DNA of 64,000 bases from an uncultured Gemmatimonadales bacterium (GCA_963793305.1 CAWBZV010000003.1:1344001-1408000); one strand, 5' to 3'; counted from the first letter of the stretch, positions 20,476 to 31,141 are shown. Numbers and translations: made by a program. Notes: generated by a model from the letters alone, not told the origin.

Positions 20476-21360
20476 CTACGCCGAGTAGATCGACCCTTCG
20501 GCAACCAGCACCGAAGCGCCACCGACGCGCACTCCGGTGACGGCGCCATCGCCCGCCGTATCCACCTCGACTTCGAGCATACTCGGCCGCCCCATATCGA
20601 CGCCTTGCTCGACCCGAATAGTCGACGTTGACCCGCGTGCCGTCCGCCCATGCCACGCCAGATATCCGCCCAGCGAAGCGCAGGCCGATCCAGTTGCGGG
20701 ATCCTCTTTCATCTCGGGATCCAACGCAAACATTCGCGCATGCACTCTCGCGCCGTCATCCCAGAAGACAAACGCCTCGCTGGTCCTGAACAGATCAGCC
20801 CGAGGTTTCGCATCGCGCAGCGCCTCGCGGGAGCGCACCGGCACCATGAGAAAGGGAACGCCGCACGACACGGTCTGGAGCGCGTTCTCCTCGTGGACGA
20901 TGTCGTCGGGCGACAGCGATAGCATTGCGGCGACCGCGGCAACGGGCGGCGGCGCCGCGCCGAGCGTCGGGAGTTGCGCGACGCTCAGTTGGGTGAACCG
21001 CGGCACCCCATCGCGCGAGTGAATGGTCACCGGGACGAGCCCGATCCCCTCCTCGAACACGATGCGCGTCTCGGCCGTCGGCGTCGCGATCTCACCGAGC
21101 GCGGCCAGCACGAACGCCGCGCCGACGGTGGGGTGTCCCGCGAACGGCAGCTCACGCCCGGGCGTGAAGATGTGCAGCCGTCGCGTATTCGCCGGATCCG
21201 CCGGCGGAAGCACGAACACGGTCTCCGACAGGTTGAACTCGCGCGCCAATGTCGCCATCTGAGTACCGGTGAGCCCACGCGCGTCCGGGAATACCGCGAG
21301 CGGATTCCCGCCGAACCGCCGCTGCGTGAACACATTGGCCGTGTGAAACCGATACTTCAT
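20476..21360 (-). CDS. PhzF-family isomerase
   Basis: [47 protein letters not shown]. Confidence 0.92.
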   Translation of the reverse strand: MKYRFHTANVFTQRRFGGNPLAVFPDARGLTGTQMATLAREFNLSETVFVLPPADPANTRRLHIFTPGRELPFAGHPTVGAAFVLAALGEIATPTAETRIVFEEGIGLVPVTIHSRDGVPRFTQLSVAQLPTLGAAPPPVAAVAAMLSLSPDDIVHEENALQTVSCGVPFLMVPVRSREALRDAKPRADLFRTSEAFVFWDDGARVHARMFALDPEMKEDPATGSACASLGGYLAWHGRTARGSTSTIRVEQGVDMGRPSMLEVEVDTAGDGAVTGVRVGGASVLVAEGSIYSA

Positions 21361-22985
21361 GCCTCGGCCATGAACGGATACCGCCAATCCGTCGGCGGTA
21401 CGAACGTCTCTTTGATGGATCGGGCACTGATCCACCGGACAAGGTTCAGCTTCGAGCCAGCCTTGTCATTCGTGCCCGATCCTCTGGCGCCACCAAACGG
21501 CTGCTGCCCCACGACGGCGCCCGTCGGCTTGTCGTTGATATAAAAATTCCCGGCCGCCTGCCTGAGCGCCTGCGACGCCTCGCGCACCGCCACCCGATCC
21601 CTCGCAAACACGGCGCCAGTCAGCGCGTAGGGCGACGTGCGATCGATCAGACTCAACGTCTCGCGCCATTTCGCATCCGGATACGGGTGCACGGTGACGA
21701 CCGGCCCGAACACCTCCTCGCACATGAGGCGATACCCAGGATCCGCCGTCTCGACCAGCGTCGGCTCGATAAACCACCCGGTCTCGCCGTGCGCACCACC
21801 GCCCTGGACGATCGTCGCGTTCTTCTTCGCATCGTCGAGATATCCGCTGATCTTGGCGAATGCCTTCTTGTCGATGACCGCGCCCATGAAATTGCGAAAA
21901 TCCCGCACATCGCCCATGCGAATCTCCCGCATGATGGCAACCGTCCGCTCTTTCACCTCGGGCCATAGAGACGCCGGCACGTACACGCGGCTGGGCGCCG
22001 AGCATTTCTGTCCTTGGTACTCATATCCCCCCCGAGCAATCGCTACCGCGAGTGCCTGGGGATCGGCCGAGACATGGGCCAGAATGAAGTCTTTTCCGCC
22101 GGTCTCGCCGACGATGCGTGGGTATGACTTGTAAGCACCGCGCGCCGAATGACTGCCGATCGTGTTCCAGAAAGAGTTGAACACCCCGGTGCTCCCGGTG
22201 AAATGCACACCGGCGAGATCGCGGTGCCCCAGCGCGACCTGGGAGATCATGACCGCATCGCCCGAGACCAAGTTGATGACGCCCGGGGGAAGCCCCGCCT
22301 TTTCGAGCACTTGGAGTATGTACCAGGCCGATGGCATCGCACTCGATGCGGGTTTCCAGACGACGGTATTGCCCATGAGCGCCGGCGCCGTCGGCAGATT
22401 CCCGGCGATCGACGTGAAGTTGAACGGCGTGATGGCATACACGAACCCTTCCAGCGGCCGCAGATCGAGCTGATTCCACATGGACCGGTCGGAAATCGGC
22501 TGGTCGCCCGCCAACTCATCGGCATAGAACGGATTGAACCGCCAGAAGTCGATGAGCTCGGCCGCCGAGTCGATCTCAGCCTGGTGCGCGGTCTTCGACT
22601 GCCCCAGCATAGTCGCCGCGTTCACCGTCGCCCGATCGGTGGTCGCCAACAGCTCGGCGGCCTTGAGGAAGACCGCGGAGCGCTCCTGCTGGCTCCAGCC
22701 GCTCCACTCCCGGTGGGCCTCTCCCGCGGCTGCTATCGCCTGTTCCACGTCCTCCCGGCGGGCCTGGTGCCAGTCGGCGAGGACGTGTTGGTGGTCGTGT
22801 GGCATGGTCGCGTGGGCGACCTCGCCGCTCCGCACGCGCTCGCCACCGATCACGAGCGGAATGTCGGGTCGCTCTCCGGCCATGGAAGCCAGCCGGGCCT
22901 TTAGTTCTACCCGTTCCGGAGAGCCTGGAGCATAACTCTTGACAAGCTCATTTACGGGACGAGGGACTCGAGCAGATTGAGACAT
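21357..22985 (-). CDS. pruA: L-glutamate gamma-semialdehyde (P5C) dehydrogenase
   Basis: PFNFTSIAGNL, FTGST, GETGGKDF, EYQGQKCSA, EEVFGP, FYINDKPTGAVVGQQPFGGARGSGTNDKAG. Confidence 0.95.
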   Translation of the reverse strand: MSQSARVPRPVNELVKSYAPGSPERVELKARLASMAGERPDIPLVIGGERVRSGEVAHATMPHDHQHVLADWHQARREDVEQAIAAAGEAHREWSGWSQQERSAVFLKAAELLATTDRATVNAATMLGQSKTAHQAEIDSAAELIDFWRFNPFYADELAGDQPISDRSMWNQLDLRPLEGFVYAITPFNFTSIAGNLPTAPALMGNTVVWKPASSAMPSAWYILQVLEKAGLPPGVINLVSGDAVMISQVALGHRDLAGVHFTGSTGVFNSFWNTIGSHSARGAYKSYPRIVGETGGKDFILAHVSADPQALAVAIARGGYEYQGQKCSAPSRVYVPASLWPEVKERTVAIMREIRMGDVRDFRNFMGAVIDKKAFAKISGYLDDAKKNATIVQGGGAHGETGWFIEPTLVETADPGYRLMCEEVFGPVVTVHPYPDAKWRETLSLIDRTSPYALTGAVFARDRVAVREASQALRQAAGNFYINDKPTGAVVGQQPFGGARGSGTNDKAGSKLNLVRWISARSIKETFVPPTDWRYPFMAEA

Positions 22986-23760
22986 GGTGCGGAAAATAAC
23001 GCGGACGATCGTATGTATGGTCTGGCTCGTTGGCTGCAGACAACCGCCGCCGGTCCGATGGGACGGGCCAGCGGTGTCGCGCGGGCCAACTGAGCCTGTT
23101 CCCCCACTCAAAGTCCATCCAGAGCGTCATCAGTGCAAAGCGACGGTCCGATTTGCGGTCGGCGGTGATAGTCTCGTTTATGCCGCGTGGTGGACCGTGC
23201 GTCCGGATTCGAGCGCTCTGTTACGAATCGCGCGATCGGCTGACGGCGGGAAGCGTTGGGACGCCGCGGTAACGGCCGAAGAGCGCGATCGATCGGTGAT
23301 GGGTTGCTCGCGTCCCGCTCCCGCAATCGCTTACGACGCTGACAGTGGATATGTGCATTTGGCATACTACCTCGAGCCACCCGAAGGCTCCGGCATTTTT
23401 TATGAACATCTCATGAAAGGGATGTTTCACGCACCCCTCGTGATCGTCTACGGCGAGAGGCCAGTAGCCGCGGCCGTCTCCGCAGCAGGCGACACGGTTG
23501 TCGTCGCGTACGAGGACCCGAATCGCCGCACGCCGCAGGTCATGCTGGCCATCTCCTATACCGCCGGGCACTTGTTCGAGACGCGGGTGAGCGCCTCTGG
23601 CGATGATGTAGATGCGCGCGCGCCGGATGTGCGCTTGAGAGGTGGGCGGGTCGTCGTAGGGTGGTACGAGACGGGCGTCGGCCGGGGTGACGAGGACAGT
23701 GCACCCAGCGTGGGCGCCGAGCCGGTGCAACGGCAGGGTGTTCTGACGGGGGGCCGATGA
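22984..23760 (+). CDS. Hypothetical exported protein with BNR/Asp-box
   Basis: Possible lipobox LVGC; SADGGKRW Asp-box; start uncertain. Confidence 0.6.
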   Translation: MVRKITRTIVCMVWLVGCRQPPPVRWDGPAVSRGPTEPVPPLKVHPERHQCKATVRFAVGGDSLVYAAWWTVRPDSSALLRIARSADGGKRWDAAVTAEERDRSVMGCSRPAPAIAYDADSGYVHLAYYLEPPEGSGIFYEHLMKGMFHAPLVIVYGERPVAAAVSAAGDTVVVAYEDPNRRTPQVMLAISYTAGHLFETRVSASGDDVDARAPDVRLRGGRVVVGWYETGVGRGDEDSAPSVGAEPVQRQGVLTGGR

Positions 23761-24428
23761 AGATTCTGGTGGCGGACGACGACGAAGCGATGCGGGACTT
23801 GGTCGAGGCCGTGCTGACCAGCGCGGGCCATTCCGTCGTCACCGCCGCCGACGGCCTCGAGGCGTGGGCCGCATTCGAGCGGGAGGCGCCGGAGCTGCTC
23901 GTCCTCGACTGGCAGATGCCGGGGCTGTCGGGCGTCGATCTGTGCGAGAAGGTCAGACGGTCGCCCGCTGGGCAGCACACGTTCATCCTCATGGCGACGG
24001 CCCGGGGCGCGACGGATGATCTCCGCCGCGTGCTCGCCGCCGGAGCGGATGACTATCTCTCGAAACCGCTCACGCCCGAGACGCTGGCCACGCGCATCAC
24101 CATTGCCGAGCGCCACATGGCGGTCGATCTCGAGCGCCGCCAGGCGGTCGACGCGCTGCAGCGCGCGCAGTGGCTGGCCGGTATTGGCGAGACGGCGATC
24201 GCCATCCAGCACGAGGTGAACAACCCGCTGACCGCGCTCCTGGGCAACGTCGCCCTCCTCGAGGACAACACGATGACCGCCGAGGAACGGGCGCAGTGTC
24301 TCCGCACCATTGCCGAGCAAGCCGTCCGTATCGGGGCCGTCGTGCGACGGCTGTCCAACCTGCGTGATCCACGCTCCGTCGAGTACATCCGGGGCTCCCG
24401 TATGATCGATCTCTCGGAGAAATCGTAG
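23757..24428 (+). CDS. Receiver-domain protein fused to HisKA (DHp) without ATPase domain
   Basis: ADDD, LDWQMP, DDYLSKP, then HEVNNPL; ORF ends without N/G boxes. Confidence 0.85.
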   Translation: MKILVADDDEAMRDLVEAVLTSAGHSVVTAADGLEAWAAFEREAPELLVLDWQMPGLSGVDLCEKVRRSPAGQHTFILMATARGATDDLRRVLAAGADDYLSKPLTPETLATRITIAERHMAVDLERRQAVDALQRAQWLAGIGETAIAIQHEVNNPLTALLGNVALLEDNTMTAEERAQCLRTIAEQAVRIGAVVRRLSNLRDPRSVEYIRGSRMIDLSEKS

Positions 24429-24518
24429 GTCTCCACTCTTGCGCGTACTCTGGGGTGATGTAGTTTGCACCCGCATTACAGGGATATTCGTTACCTCACT
24501 TCCCCGGAGACACGCTCG

Positions 24519-24872
24519 ATGGCCATAGCCAAAAAGAAGGCCAAGAAAGCCGCGAAGAAGAAAGCCGCCAAGCGTCCCGCCGCGAAGAAGCGTCCGGCGA
24601 AGAAAGCGTCGAAACGCAAGCCGAATGCGGCGTTCATGAAGCCGATGCAGCCAAGCGCCCAACTCGCCCTGGTCGTCGGCAATACGCCAATGCCGCGGAC
24701 CGAGGTGACGAAGAAGCTGTGGCAATATATTAAGAGAAAGGGCCTGCAGGATGCGAAAGAACGGCGTATGATCAATGCCGACGACGCCTTGAAGCCGATC
24801 TTCAATGGGAAGGCGAAGGTGTCGATGTTCGACATGACAAAGCTGGTCAATAAGCATCTCAAGGACGCGTAA
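24519..24872 (+). CDS. SWIB/MDM2-domain protein with Lys/Ala-rich N-terminal tail
   Basis: RTEVTKKLWQYIK..GLQD...INADDAL...VSMFDMTKLVNKHL. Confidence 0.88.
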   Translation: MAIAKKKAKKAAKKKAAKRPAAKKRPAKKASKRKPNAAFMKPMQPSAQLALVVGNTPMPRTEVTKKLWQYIKRKGLQDAKERRMINADDALKPIFNGKAKVSMFDMTKLVNKHLKDA

Positions 24873-24941
24873 ATTGGCACGGGTGTGAGAGCGCTCGGCA
24901 TCTACGCTCGTCGGGCGCTCTCCCTATAATCCGGCCGCTCC

Positions 24942-25691
24942 GTGTCCAAGCCCCGCAAACGTTCCACGCTGGAAAGCGCCAAGAGCCTGATCGGCGCGCT
25001 GCTCGTTTTTTTCTTCATCAGGCTCTTCATCGTCGAAGCGTATCGGATCCCCACGGGGAGCATGATCCCGACGCTGCTCGTCGGCGACTGGCTGTTTGTG
25101 AACAAGCTGGTCTACGGCCCGCATATCCCCTTCACCGACATCCTGCTGCCGGGCTACTCGAGCCCACACCATGGCAATGTCGTCGTGTTCAAGTCGCCGA
25201 ACCAGATCGACCAGCCCGAAGATCCCAATCCAACGCTCGTCAAGCGCCTGCAGGGAGAGCCCGGCGACACCCTGTACATGCGCAATGGGATCTTGTACGT
25301 GAACGGCGTGCCGAGGCCGCAAGGCCCCGGGTTCAACACGCAGTATGATCCGAACGACCTGGCGGATCCCATGTCGCCGCCGACAGAGGCGAGTCCGCTC
25401 TTCGTCTGGCAAAAGCCATTTCAGATCAAGAATTCGCGATTCGGGCCGCCACCGGATACGATCACCCACGACACCTGGGGGCCGATCGTCGTCCCGCCCA
25501 AGCATTACTTCATGATGGGCGACAATCGGTACCGGTCGAAGGACAGCCGGTACTGGGGATTTGTCCCCCGCGTCAACATCCGCGGCCAGCCGATGTTCAT
25601 CTACTACTCGTACGACACCGACGCCGGCCTCGATTATTTCCGCGCGATCACCGAGATTCGCTGGAGGCGCCTCGGACATTGGGTGAAGTAA
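24942..25691 (+). CDS. lepB: Signal peptidase I
   Basis: IPTGSMIPTL (Ser), LVKRL (Lys), MGDNRYRSKDSRYWG; TATAAT at 24925. Confidence 0.93.
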   Translation: MSKPRKRSTLESAKSLIGALLVFFFIRLFIVEAYRIPTGSMIPTLLVGDWLFVNKLVYGPHIPFTDILLPGYSSPHHGNVVVFKSPNQIDQPEDPNPTLVKRLQGEPGDTLYMRNGILYVNGVPRPQGPGFNTQYDPNDLADPMSPPTEASPLFVWQKPFQIKNSRFGPPPDTITHDTWGPIVVPPKHYFMMGDNRYRSKDSRYWGFVPRVNIRGQPMFIYYSYDTDAGLDYFRAITEIRWRRLGHWVK

Positions 25692-25728
25692 CGAGTAGCG
25701 TGGTGGCATCTTAAGCGTCTTTCGGTCA

Positions 25729-28527
25729 GTGACTGACCAATCAGCTCAACGGATGGTTGACGTTCTCCGGCGTACGCCCTTGCTCGTGGGCGTCGTCGTC
25801 GCGGCCGTGTGCGCCGGCGCGTCGCAACTCGCGCCTGGGCTGACACCGATCGCGTGGCTCGTCTATCCCGCGCTGATTGCCGGCGCTGCCGGACAGCTTG
25901 GCTGGCACCGCCGCGCCCGGCGCCGCGAGCTGGCACTCGATATCTCGCTCCTCGTCTGCGCCGCGACCGTCGTCGGCATCACCCTGTCGTATGCGATACC
26001 GCCGTTGCCAGGCGTGAGCGCCGGCTGGACGATCGTCCACCGCGCGCTCCCGATCCTGTTCCTGTCGCTGTTGGCGCTCCTCCTGGCCTCGCGCGGGAGC
26101 GGGGTAGGTCGTGCGGGTGGCCTGAGCTTGGGTCTCGCCGCGATCGCGGTGTCGGTGGGGTCAGAGGTCCAAGCCGTTCGCGCGCCGGCCGCCGGCGTGG
26201 CGCTCATCGCCTTTGCGCTGGCCGCCCGCTGGATTGTGCGCGCGCGCGGGGTCCACCCGCCTCCGCCGGGACGGGAGATCACGGGGTCATCGACCGTGCG
26301 GGCCCGGTTCATCATCATCGCGACCGGCGTCGTCTCGATCGCGACGTTCGTCCTCGGGTTCCGCGGCGAGTCGAGCCCGGCGCTGGCGGTCGCCGTGTCC
26401 CTGTTCGTCGCGCTGTTGGCGGCGCGGGCGACCCGTTCGCTCTCCGCGCAGACGGAACAGGCGACGCTCCTCGCCAGAAGCGTCGAGGCCGAGCGCGCGC
26501 TGTCGTCGACATTGGAGCAGCGGATCGCCGAGCGGAGTGGGGAGCTGGCGAACGCCGAACGGGTGCTCGAGCGCATGTGGATGCTCGGTCAGCACGTCGC
26601 GCTGGAGCTCAATCCCACGCGCGTGCTGGAGCGGTTTCTCGAAGCGGTCATGGACGTGGCGCACGCCGAGGGCGGGACCGTCGCCCTCGTGATCGACGAT
26701 ACGAAATACCGGATCGCCGCGGCGGCCGGCATTCTCGCCCAGTTCGACGGCGCGATTTTCTATAGCGATTCGGCCAACGGGCGCGTGATTCAGACCGGCC
26801 GCACGCTCGCGGTCGACGACCTGGCGATGCATCCCGGCCTGATCAGCGAGTCGGTCGCCAAGGCCGTGCCGCAGATGCGGTCGCTGGTCATCGTCCCGCT
26901 GCAACGGCGCGGCGAACGCATCGGCGCCGTCGGCCTGGGCTCCTCCGCCGTCCGCGCGTTCTCGCCGGACGACATCTCGCGGGTCGAGGCCATGTCGGAT
27001 ATGCTGTCGGTGGCGTTGGCCAATGCCGACTTGGTCCAGGATCTCCGGCAGGCCGAGCTGCGATTCCGCACGCTGTTCCGCGCCGCGCCGGATGCGGTGC
27101 TCACCGTCCAACTCGGCGGCCGGGTCGTCGAGGCGAACGACTACGTGCGCGAGCTCGTCGGCCTGGATCCGACGAAGCGCGATCTCATGGATTTCATCGC
27201 ACCGAAAGACCAGCGACGGCTGCGCGAGGCGCTGACCGCGGCGTTCGGCAATCTGCCGGCGCGTCTCGAGGTCAACGTCGTGCGGCCGGCGGGCGAGTCC
27301 CGCGCGGTCTCGATCGCCGCTCGTCGGTTGCCGGAGACCGACCCGCCGACGTTGCTCATCATCGGGCGCGATATGACCGGCGAGCGGGAAATGCGCGCCC
27401 GGTTGATGGAAACCGAGCGTCTGGCCGCGGTGGGCGAGCTCGTCGCCGGTGTCGCGCACGAGGTGAATAACCCGCTCTCGAGCATCAGCGCGTTCGCCCA
27501 ATTATTGCTGCGCGAGGAAGGACTGACCCCGCAGCAGCGCGAGTCGATCGATGTGATTCGGTCGGAGACCGGACGGGCGAGTCAGGTCGTTCGCGACCTG
27601 TTGGCGTTCGCCCGTCGGAGCGCGCCACAGCGCGAGCCGCTCGATCTCAATCAAGTGGTCGAGCGCACGATTCGCCTGCGCAACTATCAGCTCACGTCCA
27701 GCGGCATTCACGTCGTGCTGGAGCTCTCGCCGGACATTCCCGCGATTCATGGCGATGCGAGACAGCTGCAACAAGTCGTGCTGAATCTCGTCACCAACGC
27801 GATTCAGGCGATGGCGAACATTGGCGGCGGGACCCTCTCGATCGCCACGCGCGCCGATCGCAATCGGGTCGTGCTCAATGTCGCCGATACGGGACCGGGC
27901 ATCCCGCCGGACACCCGCGCGAGGATTTTCGAGCCGTTCTTTACGACCAAACCAGAGGGTGAGGGGACGGGATTGGGACTGTCCGTCTCGTACGGCATTG
28001 TCATCGCCCATGGCGGAACGATTACGCTCGTCGACAGTGCGAGCGGCGCACGCTTCGTGGTGTCGATTCCGTCGATCAACGAGCGCCCCGAGCGCCATGT
28101 GAGTGCCGAAATACCGGTGTATACCGCGCGATCCCCGCTGGCCGGGATGACGGTATTGTTTGTGGACGACGAGGCCACTTTGCGCCACGGATTCGAAGCC
28201 TTTGGCAAACTCCGCGGGTTTGGCGTGGTATCTGCGTCCGATGCGGGAGCGGCCCTGCATGTCGTGCGCGAGGGCGAACCGCGCGTCGATATCGTGGTGA
28301 CGGACCTGCGCATGCCCGGGGTCGATGGGGTAGGCTTGTATCACTCGCTCGTCGCCGAGCGACCGGGATTGGCCGCGCGGACGGTGTTCATCACCGGCAA
28401 TGTGGTGACGATGAGCGATCGCATGGTGGAACGGCCGACATTAACGAAGCCGTTCAGTTTCGAGCGATTGGAGGAGACTCTCGTGGGCGTGCTGTCTGTT
28501 GCGGCCGGCGACGACTCCATAGGTTAG
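25729..28527 (+). CDS. Membrane hybrid sensor histidine kinase (TM-GAF-PAS-HisKA-HATPase-REC)
   Basis: HEVNNPL, NLVTNA, DTGPG, FFTTK, GTGLGL, C-terminal VDDE/TDLRMP. Confidence 0.9.
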   Translation: MTDQSAQRMVDVLRRTPLLVGVVVAAVCAGASQLAPGLTPIAWLVYPALIAGAAGQLGWHRRARRRELALDISLLVCAATVVGITLSYAIPPLPGVSAGWTIVHRALPILFLSLLALLLASRGSGVGRAGGLSLGLAAIAVSVGSEVQAVRAPAAGVALIAFALAARWIVRARGVHPPPPGREITGSSTVRARFIIIATGVVSIATFVLGFRGESSPALAVAVSLFVALLAARATRSLSAQTEQATLLARSVEAERALSSTLEQRIAERSGELANAERVLERMWMLGQHVALELNPTRVLERFLEAVMDVAHAEGGTVALVIDDTKYRIAAAAGILAQFDGAIFYSDSANGRVIQTGRTLAVDDLAMHPGLISESVAKAVPQMRSLVIVPLQRRGERIGAVGLGSSAVRAFSPDDISRVEAMSDMLSVALANADLVQDLRQAELRFRTLFRAAPDAVLTVQLGGRVVEANDYVRELVGLDPTKRDLMDFIAPKDQRRLREALTAAFGNLPARLEVNVVRPAGESRAVSIAARRLPETDPPTLLIIGRDMTGEREMRARLMETERLAAVGELVAGVAHEVNNPLSSISAFAQLLLREEGLTPQQRESIDVIRSETGRASQVVRDLLAFARRSAPQREPLDLNQVVERTIRLRNYQLTSSGIHVVLELSPDIPAIHGDARQLQQVVLNLVTNAIQAMANIGGGTLSIATRADRNRVVLNVADTGPGIPPDTRARIFEPFFTTKPEGEGTGLGLSVSYGIVIAHGGTITLVDSASGARFVVSIPSINERPERHVSAEIPVYTARSPLAGMTVLFVDDEATLRHGFEAFGKLRGFGVVSASDAGAALHVVREGEPRVDIVVTDLRMPGVDGVGLYHSLVAERPGLAARTVFITGNVVTMSDRMVERPTLTKPFSFERLEETLVGVLSVAAGDDSIG

Positions 28528-28530
28528 GAG

Positions 28531-29067
28531 ATGCCGGAGTTCTTCCCGCGGCGCACCATCGTGTGGCGACTCGAACGGACCAATCCGTTCCGGACGCTCA
28601 CGCTCTCGACGGCGGAGATGGGTCTCCTCACCGGGATCGTGTTGCGTCTCGTGCGCGCGTTGATCATTCCGCACACACCGGAATCGACGGCATGGCTCTA
28701 CTGGGTGTTCGTCGGCCTCGTGCTGTGCGGCGCCGCGGTGCTGCATCTGTCGAACTACACCGTGCGCCACTGGATCTGGCGCGCGCCCGCGTTCGCGGCC
28801 TCGGTCGCCGCCGGCGAGGCGCTCACGAGTCTCGTGCTCATCGCGGTGCACCGCGAGCCATTCGGCACCGGCCGCGCGACATTCATCGATTGGCCGCAAA
28901 TGGCGGTGAACTCGCTCGCCATCACCTCGGCCGTCATCTGCGCCTTCGCCGCACTGCTCGCCGTCGTCGTGCAAATTGTCCGCTATTTGTTATTGCTGAG
29001 TGAGCACCGCGCCCATACCGTCGGCGCGATTCATGCTGAGCGTGCGCGCGACGAAGAGCACGGTTAG
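28531..29067 (+). CDS. Hypothetical membrane protein
   Basis: About 4 TM segments; AGGAG before ATG. Confidence 0.7.
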   Translation: MPEFFPRRTIVWRLERTNPFRTLTLSTAEMGLLTGIVLRLVRALIIPHTPESTAWLYWVFVGLVLCGAAVLHLSNYTVRHWIWRAPAFAASVAAGEALTSLVLIAVHREPFGTGRATFIDWPQMAVNSLAITSAVICAFAALLAVVVQIVRYLLLLSEHRAHTVGAIHAERARDEEHG

Positions 29068-29076
29068 TTTTCTAGC

Positions 29077-29361
29077 ATGGCCCGTGCGACTTGGAAAGGA
29101 ACGGTCCTCGCCGAGAGCGACCGCATAGAGATCGTCGAAGGCAACGTGTATTTCCCGCCCGATGCCGTGAAGCGGGAGCACGTGCGACAGAGCGGCACTC
29201 ACTCGACGTGTCCGTGGAAGGGCGAGGCGAGCTACTACGACGTCGTCGTGAATGGCGAGACGAACCGCGACGCGGCGTGGTACTATCCGGCGCCGAAGAG
29301 CGCCGCCGCCAATATCCTCAACCACGTGGCATTCTGGCGAGGCGTCACCGTCGAACGTTAG
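29077..29361 (+). CDS. DUF427-family protein
   Basis: VEGNVYFP, CPWKGEASYY, AAWYYP, HVAFW. Confidence 0.9.
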   Translation: MARATWKGTVLAESDRIEIVEGNVYFPPDAVKREHVRQSGTHSTCPWKGEASYYDVVVNGETNRDAAWYYPAPKSAAANILNHVAFWRGVTVER

Positions 29362-30149
29362 AACGCGGGGATGAACTGATCCTCGATGTTGATCGTGCCC
29401 TTCACGTGAACGATCGACCGGACCGCGCACTGCTGGATGTGTCCGGGAACGAAGTGTGACTGCCGGAACCATTCGAGGTATCTGAGCGCCAGCGCGGTGC
29501 CCGGCGACCGAACGATGCTGGCCGTTCCGAGCAGCGGCACGCCCTTCTCGTCGATGACAATCGCGACTTCGAGCGTATCCGATTCCCCACGCGCCGCAGT
29601 CTGCAGGGGCCGCATGTGCGTTTTGTTCTCGGGGTGGCTGGCCGTCGCGAAGGCGCGCCACTCGGGAAGCCGTACCGAAAACATCGGCACCGCGCCAAGC
29701 GCCGAGTCCGTCGACAGCGCGAACGCCAGTCGGATGCCGTTCCCCGCGTGAGGTGGCAACGGCGGAAAGCTCGAGTCTTTCGCCGCGCCCAGGATGCCAC
29801 CAATGAGCATCGAGTCGATGGCGAGCGATGACGACGAGGTCATCTCGGCGACATTTTGTGCCGTGCCATTCGGCATGACCGAGAATGCCGCGGTCGTGGC
29901 GATCGTGGGCCGGCCCCGCGGGTCGAATACCACGATCGGCAGGTTCGCCGGAACCTGCATCTTCGCTCGCACCGCCTCGGCCACGATCCCGGCAAACCCC
30001 GCCGGCAATGCCAATCGCGTGAACGGATCCGACACGGCGCCGTAGACCGTCTCCGATATCGTGTCCGATGTCGGCGGAAGAACGGGGCAGATGACGAAAT
30101 GATTCGTATCGGCCGCCAGCATCGCGGCGCTGAGCAAGAGTGCGATCAT
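29358..30149 (-). CDS. Exported hypothetical protein with TonB C-terminal-like segments
   Basis: Signal peptide from ATG 30149; SSSxxxD..FPPLP and VIDEKG...FVPG...VRSIV patterns. Confidence 0.5.
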   Translation of the reverse strand: MIALLLSAAMLAADTNHFVICPVLPPTSDTISETVYGAVSDPFTRLALPAGFAGIVAEAVRAKMQVPANLPIVVFDPRGRPTIATTAAFSVMPNGTAQNVAEMTSSSSLAIDSMLIGGILGAAKDSSFPPLPPHAGNGIRLAFALSTDSALGAVPMFSVRLPEWRAFATASHPENKTHMRPLQTAARGESDTLEVAIVIDEKGVPLLGTASIVRSPGTALALRYLEWFRQSHFVPGHIQQCAVRSIVHVKGTINIEDQFIPAF

Positions 30150-30160
30150 ATCTTTACCCC

Positions 30161-31033
30161 ATGCGAGTGCGCGTACCGGGCAGCACGTCAAACTTAGGCG
30201 CCGGATTCGACACGATTGGACTCGCGGTCAGTCGTTACCTGACCGCGGAGTATCGGGCCGGGGATGGCCCACTCGCCATCGATCGCCGCGGTACGCTTGC
30301 GTCTCTCCAAGGCATGCCCGAAGAGCTGGATCTCTTCGCGCAGGCCATGCGATCCGTGTGTCCCTCGTTGGGCGGCACCCTGGTGCTGGACTCGGAGATT
30401 CCCGTCGGCCGTGGCCTCGGGTCATCCGCCGCCGCCGTCGTCGGTGGCCTGACGCTCGGCGCAGCGGTCGCGTCCTCGAACGTTGATGTGTTGCGGACAG
30501 CCAGACGTTGGGAGTCGCACCTCGACAACGTCGCGCCGTGTCTCCTCGGCGGGCTCGTCGCCGTTGTGGAGAACGAGGCATTCCCACTGGTGCTGGCACC
30601 GGGCATCGCGTTCGCGTACGCCGCGCCGGGTGTGCCGCTGTCGACTGCACGGGCGCGCGCCGCGCTGCCCGCGTCAGTCCCGCATAGCGAGGCGGCCCGC
30701 GCACTCGGTCACCTGGCAGCGTTGATCCGCGGCCTAGAGACCGCCAATGTCGCTCTCCTGCAACTCGGCCTGGCCGATCGGCTGCACGTCCCGTATCGCC
30801 TGCCGCTGATCCCAGGTGGCGCTGCAGCGCGCGAAGCAGGACTCGCCGCCGGTGCGTGGGGAGTAACAGTGTCCGGCGCGGGATCGGGGTTACTGGCGGT
30901 GACGGCGCCCGAGAAGGCTGCCAGTGTGGCGGAAGCGATGGCCGCGGCGTTCCGCGAGTCCGCGGGCCCCGAGGGAGTGGTCGCGTTCCCGCTCGTCCCG
31001 GATTCGCGCGGAGTGACCCTTGACGCCTCGTAG
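30161..31033 (+). CDS. thrB: Homoserine kinase
   Basis: VPGSTSNLGAGFD, IPVGRGLGSSAA, HLDNVAP, SGAG. Confidence 0.93.
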   Translation: MRVRVPGSTSNLGAGFDTIGLAVSRYLTAEYRAGDGPLAIDRRGTLASLQGMPEELDLFAQAMRSVCPSLGGTLVLDSEIPVGRGLGSSAAAVVGGLTLGAAVASSNVDVLRTARRWESHLDNVAPCLLGGLVAVVENEAFPLVLAPGIAFAYAAPGVPLSTARARAALPASVPHSEAARALGHLAALIRGLETANVALLQLGLADRLHVPYRLPLIPGGAAAREAGLAAGAWGVTVSGAGSGLLAVTAPEKAASVAEAMAAAFRESAGPEGVVAFPLVPDSRGVTLDAS

Positions 31034-31049
31034 CCGTCCCCGGGATACT
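31020..31049 (+). promoter_or_regulatory. sigma70-type promoter for a leaderless thr leader
   Basis: TTGACG (31020-31025), 18 bp, GATACT (31044-31049), 5 nt, ATG 31055. Confidence 0.55.
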
Positions 31050-31054
31050 TGACG

Positions 31055-31141
31055 ATGATGACTCGCACAGCGCGCACGATCACGACGACGACCATGACGA
31101 CGCGGTCCCTCCCCGGGGACGGCGCGACCGGCCGCGACTAG
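31055..31141 (+). CDS. thrL: Threonine operon leader peptide (28 aa, MMTRTARTITTTTMTTRSLPGDGATGRD)
   Basis: 10 Thr codons (9 in the first 16), followed by a terminator and hom-thrC. Confidence 0.85.
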   Translation: MMTRTARTITTTTMTTRSLPGDGATGRD

